DNA of 64,000 nt from Longimicrobiales bacterium (GTDB taxonomy: Bacteria > Gemmatimonadota > Gemmatimonadetes > Longimicrobiales > Gaopeijiaceae), in contig OZ241892.1 in the NCBI GenBank assembly GCA_965203485.1, forward strand, positions 672,001 to 736,000, in the 5' to 3' direction. How positions within the stretch are numbered: position 1 is the first letter of the stretch; each line of letters opens with the position of its first letter. Positions 18,008 to 27,936 of the stretch are shown in pieces. The notes under the pieces were generated by a model. The model did no database searches. It saw nothing but the letters and a program-made list of their open reading frames with translations, and was not told the origin of the DNA. A program made the translations under genes and the position numbers.

Positions 18008-19059
18008 GAACTGCCCTTGCCCAGCGCCTCCACCAGCGCCTCCGGGTCGATGTTGCCCCCGGAAACCACGGCCACCGCCGTCTCGCCCGGAGCCAGCGGA
18101 ATCTTCCCGAACATCAGCGCCGCCACCGCCGCGGCGCCCGAAGGCTCTGCCACGAGCTTGGCCCGCGCCAGCAAGAGCCGAAGCGCAGACAGAATCTCCT
18201 TGTCCGAAACCAGCACCACGTCCTCCGCGAACGCCGCAACATACCTGTAGCAGAGTTCTCCCGCCATCGGCGGCGCCAAGCCGTCGGCCACGGTGCGGAC
18301 GCTCTCGAGGCGCGCGGGCTTCCCCGCGTTGAGGCTCCTGCGCATCGACGGCGCCCCCTCGGGCTCCACGCCGAACACCCGGATCCCCCTTTTCGTGCCG
18401 CCGCCGATGCGCCCCCGCGCCGCCAGGGCCCCCGCGATTCCCGCGATCTGCCCGCCGCCTCCCACCGGCACGACGACGGCCGCCGCCGCCGCCAAGTCTT
18501 CGTCCAGCTCCAATCCCACGGCGCCGTGCCCCTCGATCACGCGCTCCGAATCGAAGGGATGCAGGAACACGAGGCCCTCCGAGCCGGCCCGCCGCTCGGC
18601 CTCGAGGAAGGCGTCCGCAGCGGACCCGTGGAAGGCCACCTCGGCGCCGTACCCGGCCGCCGCGGCCGCCTTGGACCGCGATGCGCCCTCGGGCATCACG
18701 ACGACCGCCCGGGCTGCGAAGCGGCGCGCGGCCCAGGCCACCGCCTGCGCATGGTTGCCCGCGGACACCGTCACGACGCCGCGCGCCCGCTGGGCGTCGC
18801 TCAGCGAAGCTACCGCGTTCAGCGCCCCGCGCACCTTGAACGACCCCGTCTTCTGCAAGTTCTCGCACTTCAGCAGCGCCCTCCCTCCCGCTCGCTCGCC
18901 CAACGCGCGGAACGAAAGCAGCGGCGTGCGGTGAAGCGCCGGCGCGGTGCGCCGGCGCGCGGCCTCGAAGTCCTCGCGCGCCAGCCAGCGCTTGGCCGCG
19001 CCGCCCGAGGCGCTTGGCGGGATCGTTGCTGGCGGAAGCGGTGCGCCGCTGGGGGACAT
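18004..19059 (-). CDS. Threonine/serine dehydratase or racemase family (PLP fold II), no ACT domain
   Basis: LKCENLQKTGSFKVRGA, SAGNHAQAVA, VPVGGGGQIAG, AEPSGAAAVAA, VSGGNID. Confidence 0.9.
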   Translation of the reverse strand: MSPSGAPLPPATIPPSASGGAAKRWLAREDFEAARRRTAPALHRTPLLSFRALGERAGGRALLKCENLQKTGSFKVRGALNAVASLSDAQRARGVVTVSAGNHAQAVAWAARRFAARAVVVMPEGASRSKAAAAAGYGAEVAFHGSAADAFLEAERRAGSEGLVFLHPFDSERVIEGHGAVGLELDEDLAAAAAVVVPVGGGGQIAGIAGALAARGRIGGGTKRGIRVFGVEPEGAPSMRRSLNAGKPARLESVRTVADGLAPPMAGELCYRYVAAFAEDVVLVSDKEILSALRLLLARAKLVAEPSGAAAVAALMFGKIPLAPGETAVAVVSGGNIDPEALVEALGKGSS

Positions 19060-19280
19060 CGTTCGGGGTCGTTGGCGGGTTGGCGGCCCGTTGGGCGAGT
19101 CGGCGCGGCGTGGCGGGCATCGTCTCGGCGCCTTGCCGGGCGCAGCATTGACCTTGTTGTTGGACTCGGCGATTATTGTATCCAATGTCATGCCGGCGCG
19201 CCTCGGCGCGCGTCCATGCCGGTACCGGCGCCGAATCTTCCCGGAACCAAGCGCGTTCCCAACCCCACGAGGACCAATTC

Positions 19281-22013
19281 ATGAGAGTCGCCTCGCGTCC
19301 CGTTGCAATCCTGGCCGCGGTTCTTGGACTGGCCGCCTTCACGACTCGTTCCGCCGCGCAGACGGGCTCCATCTCGGGTCGGGTGACGGATACGCAGACC
19401 GGCAGGCCGCTCGGGGGCGTCTCGGTTTCGATCGCGGGCGTCGAGGGAGGGGCGGCCACGGACAGCGACGGGCGCTTCACGCTTTCCGCGGAGCCGGGAT
19501 CGGTCTCGCTGGTGTTCGCGTCGATCGGCTACGAGTCGCAACGCGTCGACGGCGTTCGGGTGGTTGCGGCGACGAGCGCCGAAGTGGACGTGGCGTTGGT
19601 GCCGGTGGAGCTGATGCTGAACCCTGTGGTCGTCACGGCGTCGCGTCGCGAGGAGAGAGCCCTGAGCGCTCCCGCGTCCGTTTCCATGGTGTCGGCCGAG
19701 GATGTCGCGCGGGTGGTCGCGCCGGGGCCGGGCGAGCATCTCAAGGCATTGCCGGGGATCGACGTCGCGCAGACGGGCCTGGTCCAAATGAACGTGGTGG
19801 CGCGCGGCTTCAACAACGTCTTCTCGGGCACGCTGCTGACGCTGGTCGACCACCGCTACGCGCGGGTGCCGTCGCTTCGGCTCAACTCGTACACCATGTT
19901 GCCGACCACGGACCTGGACATCGACCGGATCGAAGTGTCGCTGGGGCCCGGCGCGGCCCTCTACGGTCCGAACACCACGTCCGGCGTGATGCACATGATC
20001 ACCGCATCTCCGATCGACCGGCCCGGCACCTCCGTGTCGCTGGCCGGGGGCGAGCGGTCGGTGTTTCAGAGCCAATTTCGCACATCGCACGCGCTGTCCG
20101 ACCAGTTCGGCTTCAAGGTGTCGGGCGAGTACTTCCGGGGCAACGACTTCGAGTACGTCGATCCGCTGGAAGCCGTCGACGGGCAGCCCGTCGGCCGCGA
20201 CAACCGCCAGGAGCGCTATTCGGGAGACGCTCGGGTCGACTATCGCTTCGGCGGCGACGGGTCGCTGGTGCTCGCGGGCGGCGTGAGTTCGGCCAGCCAA
20301 GTCGAGATGACGGGGGTCGGCGCCGCGCAAGCCGTAGGCTGGGGCTACCAGTACGCGCAGGCCCGGCTGTCGAAGGGCCGTCTCTTTGCGCAGGCGTTCC
20401 TCAACAGCACCGATTCGGGCGAAGGCACCTACTTGTTGCGCACCTGCACGTTGCGCCCGCGGGGGCCGGGCGAGCGCTCCGTCGACATCGGGGGCGGCAG
20501 GACCTGCGACGGCGTCGTGGACCAGTCGCGCTCCATTGCCCTGCAGTTCCAGTACGGCTTCGACCTGGGCGACTGGCTGGACCTGACCTACGGGGTGGAC
20601 TGGAACGCCGTTCAGCCGCGCACGGGCGGCACCATCACGGGCCGCAACGAGGACGACGACAACATCACCGAGATCGGCGCCTACGTGCACACGGAAACTG
20701 CGCTGGGCGACAACTTCGACTTGGTGACGGCCGTCCGGGTGGACGATCACAGCCGCTTGACCAACCCCAACGTTTCTCCCAGGGCGGCGCTCGTCTTCAA
20801 GCCCTCCCCCGACCACAACATGAGGGCGACGTTCAACCGCGCCTTCGCGACGCCGACGACGAACAACCTGTTCCTCGACATCGTCGGAGGGCGCATACCG
20901 GTGTTCGGCAACGTCGGATACGACATTCGCGGCTTGGGAGTGCCTGCGAGCGGGTTCACGTTTTCGGATCGTTGCGACGGCGGCGTCAGGTCGCTGTGCA
21001 TGCGCTCGCCTTTCGCGCCGGGCATGCGGTTGCCGGCGAACGCCTTGCTCACTTGGCCCACCGTGCTTCAGGCGTTGCAGGCGCTCGCCCCGGACTTGAG
21101 CGCCGTGGTGCCCCTCCTGGAGAATCCGGGCGCCCGCCCGGGCGACCCGCAACTGGGCACCGTCTTCCGTCGGCTGGACTTGAACGCGGCGTCGGCCGCG
21201 GAAGCGTTCCCCGTGGACAATGCGGCCCTGCTGGACATCGCCAGCTTGGAGTCGACGATCTACAACACGTTCGAGGTGGGCTACAAGGGCTTGATCAAGG
21301 ACCGCGTCCTGCTTGCCGTGGACGCGTACTTCGCCGACGTCGAGAATTTCGTCGGACCGCTTCGCGTGGAGACTCCGAGCGTCTTCTTCGACCCCGCCAG
21401 CTTGCAGGCATTCGTCACCGCGAGGCTGGGGCCGCTCGTTCAGGCCGGCAGATTGCCCGCGGCCGCGATAGAGCAGATCGTCCGACAGGTCGCGGCAGTG
21501 CCGTTGGGCACGGTCGTCCCCGACCAGGTGGACTCGTCCGACATCATGATCAGCTACAGGAATTTCGGGCGCATCGAATACTGGGGCGCGGACTTGGCCG
21601 CCCAGGTGCGGCTGACCAACAGGCTGCGTCTCAGCACCAACTATTCGTATCAGAGCGACGAGTGCTTCGACTTCAACGACGACGGGAACTGCCGCAGCAC
21701 CGAGGACGTCGCGCTGAACGCGCCCAACCACAAGGGATCGGTCGGCATGATCTACGACGACCAGGTGGGCGGCCTGTCCGCGAGCGGGCGCGTGCGCATG
21801 AGCGGCGCGTTTCCCATGAACTCGGGCGTCTACGTGGGCGACGTCGAGGGCTTCGGGGTCGTGGACGCGTCCGTCAGCTATCGTCTGCCCTTCCAGCGCA
21901 ACGCGACCGTGTCGTTCACCGCGAACAACCTGCTCAACAACCTTCACCAGGAGTTCGTGGGCGCACCCGAGTTGGGCCGTCTGTTGCTGGCGCGCATCAA
22001 GTACGACTTCTGA
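19281..22013 (+). CDS. TonB-dependent receptor
   Basis: Signal peptide; QTGSISGRVTD carboxypeptidase-reg-like domain; VVVTASRREE; plug IDRIEVSLGPGAALYG; C-terminal IKYDF. GAGG RBS. Confidence 0.93.
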   Translation: MRVASRPVAILAAVLGLAAFTTRSAAQTGSISGRVTDTQTGRPLGGVSVSIAGVEGGAATDSDGRFTLSAEPGSVSLVFASIGYESQRVDGVRVVAATSAEVDVALVPVELMLNPVVVTASRREERALSAPASVSMVSAEDVARVVAPGPGEHLKALPGIDVAQTGLVQMNVVARGFNNVFSGTLLTLVDHRYARVPSLRLNSYTMLPTTDLDIDRIEVSLGPGAALYGPNTTSGVMHMITASPIDRPGTSVSLAGGERSVFQSQFRTSHALSDQFGFKVSGEYFRGNDFEYVDPLEAVDGQPVGRDNRQERYSGDARVDYRFGGDGSLVLAGGVSSASQVEMTGVGAAQAVGWGYQYAQARLSKGRLFAQAFLNSTDSGEGTYLLRTCTLRPRGPGERSVDIGGGRTCDGVVDQSRSIALQFQYGFDLGDWLDLTYGVDWNAVQPRTGGTITGRNEDDDNITEIGAYVHTETALGDNFDLVTAVRVDDHSRLTNPNVSPRAALVFKPSPDHNMRATFNRAFATPTTNNLFLDIVGGRIPVFGNVGYDIRGLGVPASGFTFSDRCDGGVRSLCMRSPFAPGMRLPANALLTWPTVLQALQALAPDLSAVVPLLENPGARPGDPQLGTVFRRLDLNAASAAEAFPVDNAALLDIASLESTIYNTFEVGYKGLIKDRVLLAVDAYFADVENFVGPLRVETPSVFFDPASLQAFVTARLGPLVQAGRLPAAAIEQIVRQVAAVPLGTVVPDQVDSSDIMISYRNFGRIEYWGADLAAQVRLTNRLRLSTNYSYQSDECFDFNDDGNCRSTEDVALNAPNHKGSVGMIYDDQVGGLSASGRVRMSGAFPMNSGVYVGDVEGFGVVDASVSYRLPFQRNATVSFTANNLLNNLHQEFVGAPELGRLLLARIKYDF

Positions 22014-22054
22014 GGCTCGAAGGCACGGCTGGGCGCCAAGTCTCGGAACGCGGC

Positions 22055-23317
22055 ATGAAGATCGTGCTGGGGTACTCGGGCGGGCTCGACACTTCCGTCA
22101 TCGTGCCGTGGTTGCGCGAGCAGTACGGCGCCGACGTGGTGTGCATGGCGGCCGACGTCGGACAGCGCCAAGGCGTGGAGCGCTTGGCCGGCAAGGCTTT
22201 CGCGACCGGGGCGTCGGCGTTCTTCGGCGAAGATCTGCGCGAGGAATTCGTGTCGGGCTACATCTTCCCCGTGGTGCGCGCCGGAGCGGTCTACAGCCGC
22301 AAGTACCTGCTGGGCACCGCGATGGCGCGCCCGCTGATTGCGCGCAGGATGGTCGAGGTGGCGGCGGAGACCGGCGCGGCGGCGGTGGCGCACGGCTGCA
22401 CGGGCAAGGGCAACGACCAGTTGCGCTTCGAACTCTCGTTCGCGGCCCTCGCGCCCCAGCTCAAGGTGGTGGCCCCGTGGCGCGAATGGGAGATCGAGTC
22501 CAGGGAAGACGCGCTCGCCTACGCCCGCGCCAGGGCCATCGAGCTGGACGTGGACGAAGAGAAGCTCTATTCGCGGGACGAGAACCTGTGGCACCTCAGC
22601 CACGAGGGCGGACCCTTGGAAGACCCGGCCAACGCTCCCGAGCCCGGCGTCTTTCTGTGGACCTGCGACCCCGCGAGCGCGCCGGACGAGCCTCGCGACG
22701 TTGCGCTCGCGTTCGAGAGCGGAATTCCGGTCGCCGTGGACGGCGCGGAGCTGGCGCCGTTGCCGTTGTTGCAGGAACTCAACCGGCTGGGCGCGAAGCA
22801 CGCGGTGGGCCGGGCCGACGTGATCGAGGACCGCGTGGTCGGGATCAAGAGCCGGGGAGTGTACGAGACGCCGGGCGGCGCCATCCTGCTGGCCGCGTTG
22901 CAGGAGCTCGAGCAGCTCGTCTTGTCGCGCCGCGCGCTGGCGCTCAAGGACGACTTGGCCCCCCGCTACGCGGACGTGGTCTACGAGGGCCGCTGGTGGA
23001 CGCCCGAGCGCCGGGCCATGGACGCGCTGGTGGACGAGCTGATGGGGCCGGTGTCCGGCGAAGTGCGCCTGCGGCTCTTCAAGGGCAGTGCCGCCGTCCT
23101 GGCGCGCTCCAGCCCCATGTCGCTCTACGACTTGGACTTGGCGTCGTTCAGCGCCTCGGAGGGCTACGCTCACTCGGACTCGTCGGGCTTCGTCAAGCTG
23201 TTCGGGTTGCCGTTGCGCGCCGTGGCGGCGCAGCAAGGGCAGGGCGGCGGCGAGACGCCGGGCGGTGCTCCGGAACGCAACGTGGGGTCGGCCGAGACCG
23301 TCGCCGCCGCCGGTTGA
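22055..23317 (+). CDS. argG: Argininosuccinate synthase
   Basis: IVLGYSGGLDTS, YLLGTAMARP, HGCTGKGNDQLRFE, YSRDENLWH, GIKSRGVYETPG. Confidence 0.97.
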   Translation: MKIVLGYSGGLDTSVIVPWLREQYGADVVCMAADVGQRQGVERLAGKAFATGASAFFGEDLREEFVSGYIFPVVRAGAVYSRKYLLGTAMARPLIARRMVEVAAETGAAAVAHGCTGKGNDQLRFELSFAALAPQLKVVAPWREWEIESREDALAYARARAIELDVDEEKLYSRDENLWHLSHEGGPLEDPANAPEPGVFLWTCDPASAPDEPRDVALAFESGIPVAVDGAELAPLPLLQELNRLGAKHAVGRADVIEDRVVGIKSRGVYETPGGAILLAALQELEQLVLSRRALALKDDLAPRYADVVYEGRWWTPERRAMDALVDELMGPVSGEVRLRLFKGSAAVLARSSPMSLYDLDLASFSASEGYAHSDSSGFVKLFGLPLRAVAAQQGQGGGETPGGAPERNVGSAETVAAAG

Positions 23318-24720
23318 GCGCCAACGAAGCTCCCGGCGGGGCGAGGACGCTGTGGGGGGGGGGGCTGGAAGGGGGACTCGCGCCGGCCATGGAGGCGCTG
23401 AACCGCTCGTTGGACGTGGACTGGCGCCTTTGGCCTCACGACGTGCGCGGCAGCCGGGCTTGGGTGCGGGGACTGGAGGGCGCGGGCGTGCTGTCGGCGG
23501 ACGAGGCTCGGCGGATGGACGAGGGACTCGAAGCGGTGGCCGAGCGGTTGCGCGGCCTTCCCGGTCCCGGGGGTCTGCCCGACGAGGACGTTCACTCGGT
23601 CGTGGAGCGGTTCCTCACCGAGACGGTCGGGCCGCTGGGCGGCAAGCTTCACACGGGACGCTCGCGCAACGATCAGGTGGCGACCGCGTTTCGGCTCTGG
23701 GCAAAGGACGCGATCCGGACCCTGCGGGACTTGAGCGGGCGCGCAGTCGTGGCCCTCCGCGACCGGGCGCGGGAGACGGGCGACCTGCTGATTCCCGGCT
23801 ATACGCACCTCCAGCGGGCGCAGCCCGTGCCCGTCGCGCACTGGCTCCTGTCGCGGGCGTGGCCCTTGCTGCGCGACGCGGAGGCGCTTGCGGCGGTGGA
23901 GCGCGAATGCGACGTGATGCCGCTGGGGTCCGGCGCCCTCGCTGGATGCCCGTTCGACGTGGACCGCGAGGCGCTGGCCAGGGAGCTGGGATTCGCGGCG
24001 GTCTCCGAGAATTCGGTGGACGCCGTGTCGGACCGCGACTGGGCGGCCCGTCTGCTCTTCGCGGCGGCGCTGGCCGGCGTTCATCTCTCGCAGCTGGCCG
24101 AGGACCTCGTCGTCTTCTCGAGCGCCGAGTTCGGCTTCTTGCGGCTCGGAGACGGTTTCGCGACGGGTTCGTCGCTGATGCCTCAGAAGCGCAATCCCGA
24201 CGCAGCGGAGCTCGTGCGCGGGCGATCCGGCCGGCTCGTGGGCAACCTCGCCACGCTGCTCGTGGCGCTCAAGGGCCTGCCGACGGGCTACAACCGCGAT
24301 CTCCAGGAGGACAAGGAGGCCGTCTTCGATTCCGTGGACACGCTCGCGCTCTCGTTGCGGGTCGCGGCAGGAGCCGTGGAAAGCCTTTCGTTCTCGCGCC
24401 GCAGGGCGGCGGCCGCGCTGGACGCCGAACTGCTGGCCACGGATCTCGCCGACCATCTAGTGCGCTTGGGCGTTCCCTTCCGCGAAAGCCACCATGCCGT
24501 CGCCCGCCTCGCGCGCGCCGCCCGGGCCGAAGGCAAGAGCCTCGACGCGCTGCCGCCCGAGATGGTCCGCGCCGCGCACCCCGCGTTCGCCGAAGGCGCG
24601 CTTCCGGCGCTCGGCGCGGAAGCATCGGCGGATTCTCGGGCCGTGCGCGGCGGAACCGCGGCGACGGCGGTCGCGGCTCAGTTCGAGGCCCTGGACGCCG
24701 CCCTGGACGCGCTGGCGTAG
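23314..24720 (+). CDS. argH: Argininosuccinate lyase
   Basis: LWGG, KLHTGRSRNDQVAT, PGYTHLQRAQP, GSSLMPQKRNPD, YNRDLQEDK. TTG start overlaps the argG TGA. Confidence 0.96.
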   Translation: MSANEAPGGARTLWGGGLEGGLAPAMEALNRSLDVDWRLWPHDVRGSRAWVRGLEGAGVLSADEARRMDEGLEAVAERLRGLPGPGGLPDEDVHSVVERFLTETVGPLGGKLHTGRSRNDQVATAFRLWAKDAIRTLRDLSGRAVVALRDRARETGDLLIPGYTHLQRAQPVPVAHWLLSRAWPLLRDAEALAAVERECDVMPLGSGALAGCPFDVDREALARELGFAAVSENSVDAVSDRDWAARLLFAAALAGVHLSQLAEDLVVFSSAEFGFLRLGDGFATGSSLMPQKRNPDAAELVRGRSGRLVGNLATLLVALKGLPTGYNRDLQEDKEAVFDSVDTLALSLRVAAGAVESLSFSRRRAAAALDAELLATDLADHLVRLGVPFRESHHAVARLARAARAEGKSLDALPPEMVRAAHPAFAEGALPALGAEASADSRAVRGGTAATAVAAQFEALDAALDALA

Positions 24721-24874
24721 GCACAGAAGGGGCCGCCAACCGGAAGAGCGTGTCGTTCTTGCACGGAGACGCCCTTTCCGCCATATTGCGTCCATGGCCC
24801 GAGAAACGGGCCACGGCCCGGCATCCGGCCCCTGCGGACCCCTTGCTTCAACACGGAGAAGAAGAACGTACAGG

Positions 24875-25240
24875 GTGAACTGGAAGCGTTTGACCGTTGC
24901 CGCATTGGTGGCGCTCTTTGGCCTGATTCCGATGCTGACCCGAGGTACCGCAGGTGCGGTGCGACCCGCCCCAGCGAGCGACGCCGCCGAGCTTGGCCCA
25001 TCCAAGTCCGGACCTTCAATGTGCACCGGCACCGCGGGAGCCGCGTTGCTCTCTACGTCGGCGACAACTTCTGGACAAGGACTATGTGACCTGGACGAAT
25101 GCTGGGACGCCGCCGGCGAGCAGTACTTGGAGTGCGTGGAAGACAAGCGTTGGTGGGACGTGCCTGGCCATGCTAGATGCGTTGCGGCCTGGATCGCCAA
25201 GATATACATCTGTGCCTTGGCATGCGAGGAGCGGACCTAG
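24875..25240 (+). CDS. Small secreted Cys-rich protein (putative precursor peptide/miniprotein), 121 aa
   Basis: GTG at 24875 after a purine-rich GGAGAAGAAGAA stretch; signal peptide MNWKRLTVAALVALFGLIPML; Ser/Thr/Ala spacer; C-x4-C-x10-C-x14-C-x10-C-x3-C C-terminus. Confidence 0.7.
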   Translation: MNWKRLTVAALVALFGLIPMLTRGTAGAVRPAPASDAAELGPSKSGPSMCTGTAGAALLSTSATTSGQGLCDLDECWDAAGEQYLECVEDKRWWDVPGHARCVAAWIAKIYICALACEERT

Positions 25241-25243
25241 CGG

Positions 25244-26380
25244 GTGACTGCTTCCCCGGTGCCGCGTCCCCGCTACCCCTTCAGCGCTGTCGCAGTGTTC
25301 GGCGGCGGTGCGATCGCTTTGGCCGCTCTCGGCTGGGACTTGTTCTCCGTCGCGCGGTTTCTTTCATCCGGTGGGTTGCCCGCCGCGCCGGCCGAAGCCG
25401 ATTCCGTGTCGGCAGGGCCGCCCGCGAACGCGACGCTCTTCGATTCCGTTGCTTCGGTCGCCGCCGCCGACGTGCACGACGGCGTCTGGTTTCTGCTGGA
25501 CAAGCGCGCATCTCGAGTGCACCGCATCGCCGGCGACCGCAATCAATGGAGCGCGTTCGCGCGTTTCGGAGACGGTCCGGGCGAGTTGCGGCGGCCCACA
25601 GCGCTGGCGGTTCACGGCGACACGATCGTCGTGGCCATGCCGCGCCGCCTTCAGTTCTACTGGCCGGACGGAACCCATGTCGGCGGACGAAGGGTCGAGC
25701 CTCCCAGAATATGCCGTCACGCTCCACTTGGCGACCTGCCGGCCGAGCTGAGCGACGTCGTTTCCTCGCCGCAAGGATTGCTGTTGCTCTTCACGTGCAG
25801 GATCGGCCTGACGAGAGGCGGCGTATTCCTCGAAACAGGCGAAGCAAGCTACCGTGCAGTTGCCCAGGCCTCGGCGGACTCGGACGACGACCTGTTGGAT
25901 CCCTGGCGCAACATGTCGGTGCTTGCCGGGCATCCCTCCGGATTCGTGTTCGGTCATCCCGAGGACGACTGCATCGGCCTGTTCGGCCTTGATGGCGGAC
26001 GCCTCGATTCGTTCTGCCACACACGGCTCGGCCGGGCGCCGGTCTCCCGGGCGGTGGCGGAGCAGGTTCCAACTGAAGTCTCGGGCTCGAGCGCAAGGAT
26101 CAGGATCAGAGTCCCCGAACGATATCTTCCGTTCGATCGAGTGTTCGTCCGGTCCGACGGCGCGTTGTTCTACCGGACGCCGGCGCCTACGGCGGTCCCG
26201 GGATCCGGGGAGATCGAGATGACCTTTCGCCTAGCCGAGTACGACGGAGCCGACTGGACGACGACGCAGATTCCTTCGGCTGCCGGCATGTTCGTATCGG
26301 ACTCGGCCGTTCTGGCGGCCTGGGAGGACGTGCACGGCACGCTGATCGCCTTCTACTCGCTGGACGGCCGCGAAGGGTAA
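25244..26380 (+). CDS. Membrane-anchored 6-bladed (NHL-like) beta-propeller protein
   Basis: N-terminal TM helix; WFLLDKRASRVHRI...FARFGDGPGELRRPTALAVHGDTIVV is the G.GPGE blade motif. Confidence 0.75.
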   Translation: MTASPVPRPRYPFSAVAVFGGGAIALAALGWDLFSVARFLSSGGLPAAPAEADSVSAGPPANATLFDSVASVAAADVHDGVWFLLDKRASRVHRIAGDRNQWSAFARFGDGPGELRRPTALAVHGDTIVVAMPRRLQFYWPDGTHVGGRRVEPPRICRHAPLGDLPAELSDVVSSPQGLLLLFTCRIGLTRGGVFLETGEASYRAVAQASADSDDDLLDPWRNMSVLAGHPSGFVFGHPEDDCIGLFGLDGGRLDSFCHTRLGRAPVSRAVAEQVPTEVSGSSARIRIRVPERYLPFDRVFVRSDGALFYRTPAPTAVPGSGEIEMTFRLAEYDGADWTTTQIPSAAGMFVSDSAVLAAWEDVHGTLIAFYSLDGREG

Positions 26381-27151
26381 ATGGACGAAGAGGGGAGCGG
26401 CGGCAACCAGCCTGCGGTGCTCGCCGAGGCCCTGTTCGTGTCCTACGGCGGCGTTGGCGGCATTCTCCGAAGGAGACGGCGGCCTGCCCTCCGCGGGGCT
26501 TCGATCGACGTGCGGGCGGGCGAGGTCGTGGCGTTGGTGGGACCCAACGGCGCCGGCAAGACCACGTTGTTGAAGATATTGCTGGGCCTCATGCGCGCTC
26601 AGTCCGGCCGATGCCTCGTCGGCGGCGAGGCGCCCGGCCCCTACCGCCGCCGTCGCGGCGTGGGCTACGTGCCCGAAGCCGTCGTGCTTCCGCGCGCATG
26701 GAGGGCTCGGGACCTCCTTTGCCGCGCCGTGGACTTGTCGGTTCCGCTTGAAGAGCGGGGCGAGGCGTATGCCCAGGCCGCGGCACGGGCGGGGTTCGAG
26801 CCGGACGCCGCCGCTTTGTCGCGAAAGGCGACGAAGTGCTCGAACGGCGTGCAACGGCGGATCTGGCTGGCATGCGCCCTGGCCGGCGACCCCGAGATCG
26901 TGCTGTTGGACGAGCCGTTCGCGGGGCTGGACCCCCCGGCGCGCCGCCGGCTCCGCTCGATCGTTCGCTCGGCGAGGGCACGGGGCGCGGCCGTGCTCGT
27001 CGCCAGCCACGAACTCGCGGAGGTCGCGCGCATCGCCGACAGGATCGTCCTGTTGAAGGAAGGCGTCGTTGCAACGGTGCAAACGGTCGATCAAGCCTCC
27101 GACAGTTCGGTTGCGGCGCTGGAAGCGCTCATGTTCGAGGAGAACGCCTGA
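26381..27151 (+). CDS. ABC transporter ATP-binding protein (ABC-2/BcrA-like)
   Basis: GPNGAGKTT, VGYVPE, variant signature CSNGVQRR, LLDEPFAGLDP, SHEL. Confidence 0.9.
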   Translation: MDEEGSGGNQPAVLAEALFVSYGGVGGILRRRRRPALRGASIDVRAGEVVALVGPNGAGKTTLLKILLGLMRAQSGRCLVGGEAPGPYRRRRGVGYVPEAVVLPRAWRARDLLCRAVDLSVPLEERGEAYAQAAARAGFEPDAAALSRKATKCSNGVQRRIWLACALAGDPEIVLLDEPFAGLDPPARRRLRSIVRSARARGAAVLVASHELAEVARIADRIVLLKEGVVATVQTVDQASDSSVAALEALMFEENA

Positions 27152-27882
27152 TGCGCCCGCTGGCGCCGGTGGAAAAGCGGATCGCTTTGCTGGTGGCGTC
27201 CAGGACATGGGGAATGGCATGGCTCCTGGCGTTCACTGCGTTTCTTGCGCTGGTCTCGCTGAAGACCCCGTTTTCCGTCGACTTGGCCGTCGCGATCATC
27301 GTGATGTTCCTCGGAGTTCCGCTGGTCCTAGCTCCCCGCCATCAGGAGATGGGCGGGCCGGGCGCCGTCCTGTGGTTGCAGAAGCCCGTTCGCGAGTTGC
27401 GCTTCGTCTTCGCGCGCCTCGCCGAGTCGATGGGCGCGACGGTCGTCTTGGTCGTGTTGCTCGCCTTGGTCGCGATGGCATACGGCGACATGCTTGAATG
27501 GCAGCCGCCGAGGCCCCTGGACTTCGTCCTGCCCGTCGGCGTCTTGGCGTCCCTCGTCACGGCCTCCATGGCGTTCGGAGCTGCCGCGTGGTTGCCCCGC
27601 GGAAGCAGGACGACGGTCGTGGCTCTGATTCTGCTTTCCCTGTACGCGTACGCGCCGGAGATGAGCGATCCCGACCTCGTACGAGGCGGAGTCGCAGGGG
27701 CCGCGCGCCTCGTGCTGTTCCCGATGCCGGATCTGTTGCGGGTCGTCCTGGGCATTACCGGAGACCTGTCATGGCGCATCCAACCTTTGCTGGCCTGCCT
27801 CGCGTATGCGGCCGGCTGGATCGCGGTCGGCGCACTGGGCGTCCTGTGGTCCGTGACCGCTGGAAGAGTCGCCCGAGCCTGA
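27151..27882 (+). CDS. ABC-2-type permease (about 6 TM)
   Basis: ATG overlaps the ATPase stop; six hydrophobic segments; LWLQKPVRE loop typical of ABC-2 permeases. Confidence 0.75.
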   Translation: MRPLAPVEKRIALLVASRTWGMAWLLAFTAFLALVSLKTPFSVDLAVAIIVMFLGVPLVLAPRHQEMGGPGAVLWLQKPVRELRFVFARLAESMGATVVLVVLLALVAMAYGDMLEWQPPRPLDFVLPVGVLASLVTASMAFGAAAWLPRGSRTTVVALILLSLYAYAPEMSDPDLVRGGVAGAARLVLFPMPDLLRVVLGITGDLSWRIQPLLACLAYAAGWIAVGALGVLWSVTAGRVARA

Positions 27883-27936
27883 GCGCGCGCTGGGAACATG
27901 GCTCGCCCGTCGCGGGCCGCTCCTCCTCCGGCGGCG

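Noticed and set aside
23354..23364. G11 run at the start of argH as a phase-variation tract
   Set aside because: In frame, encodes the conserved LWGG region of a biosynthetic gene, and nothing else supports switching.
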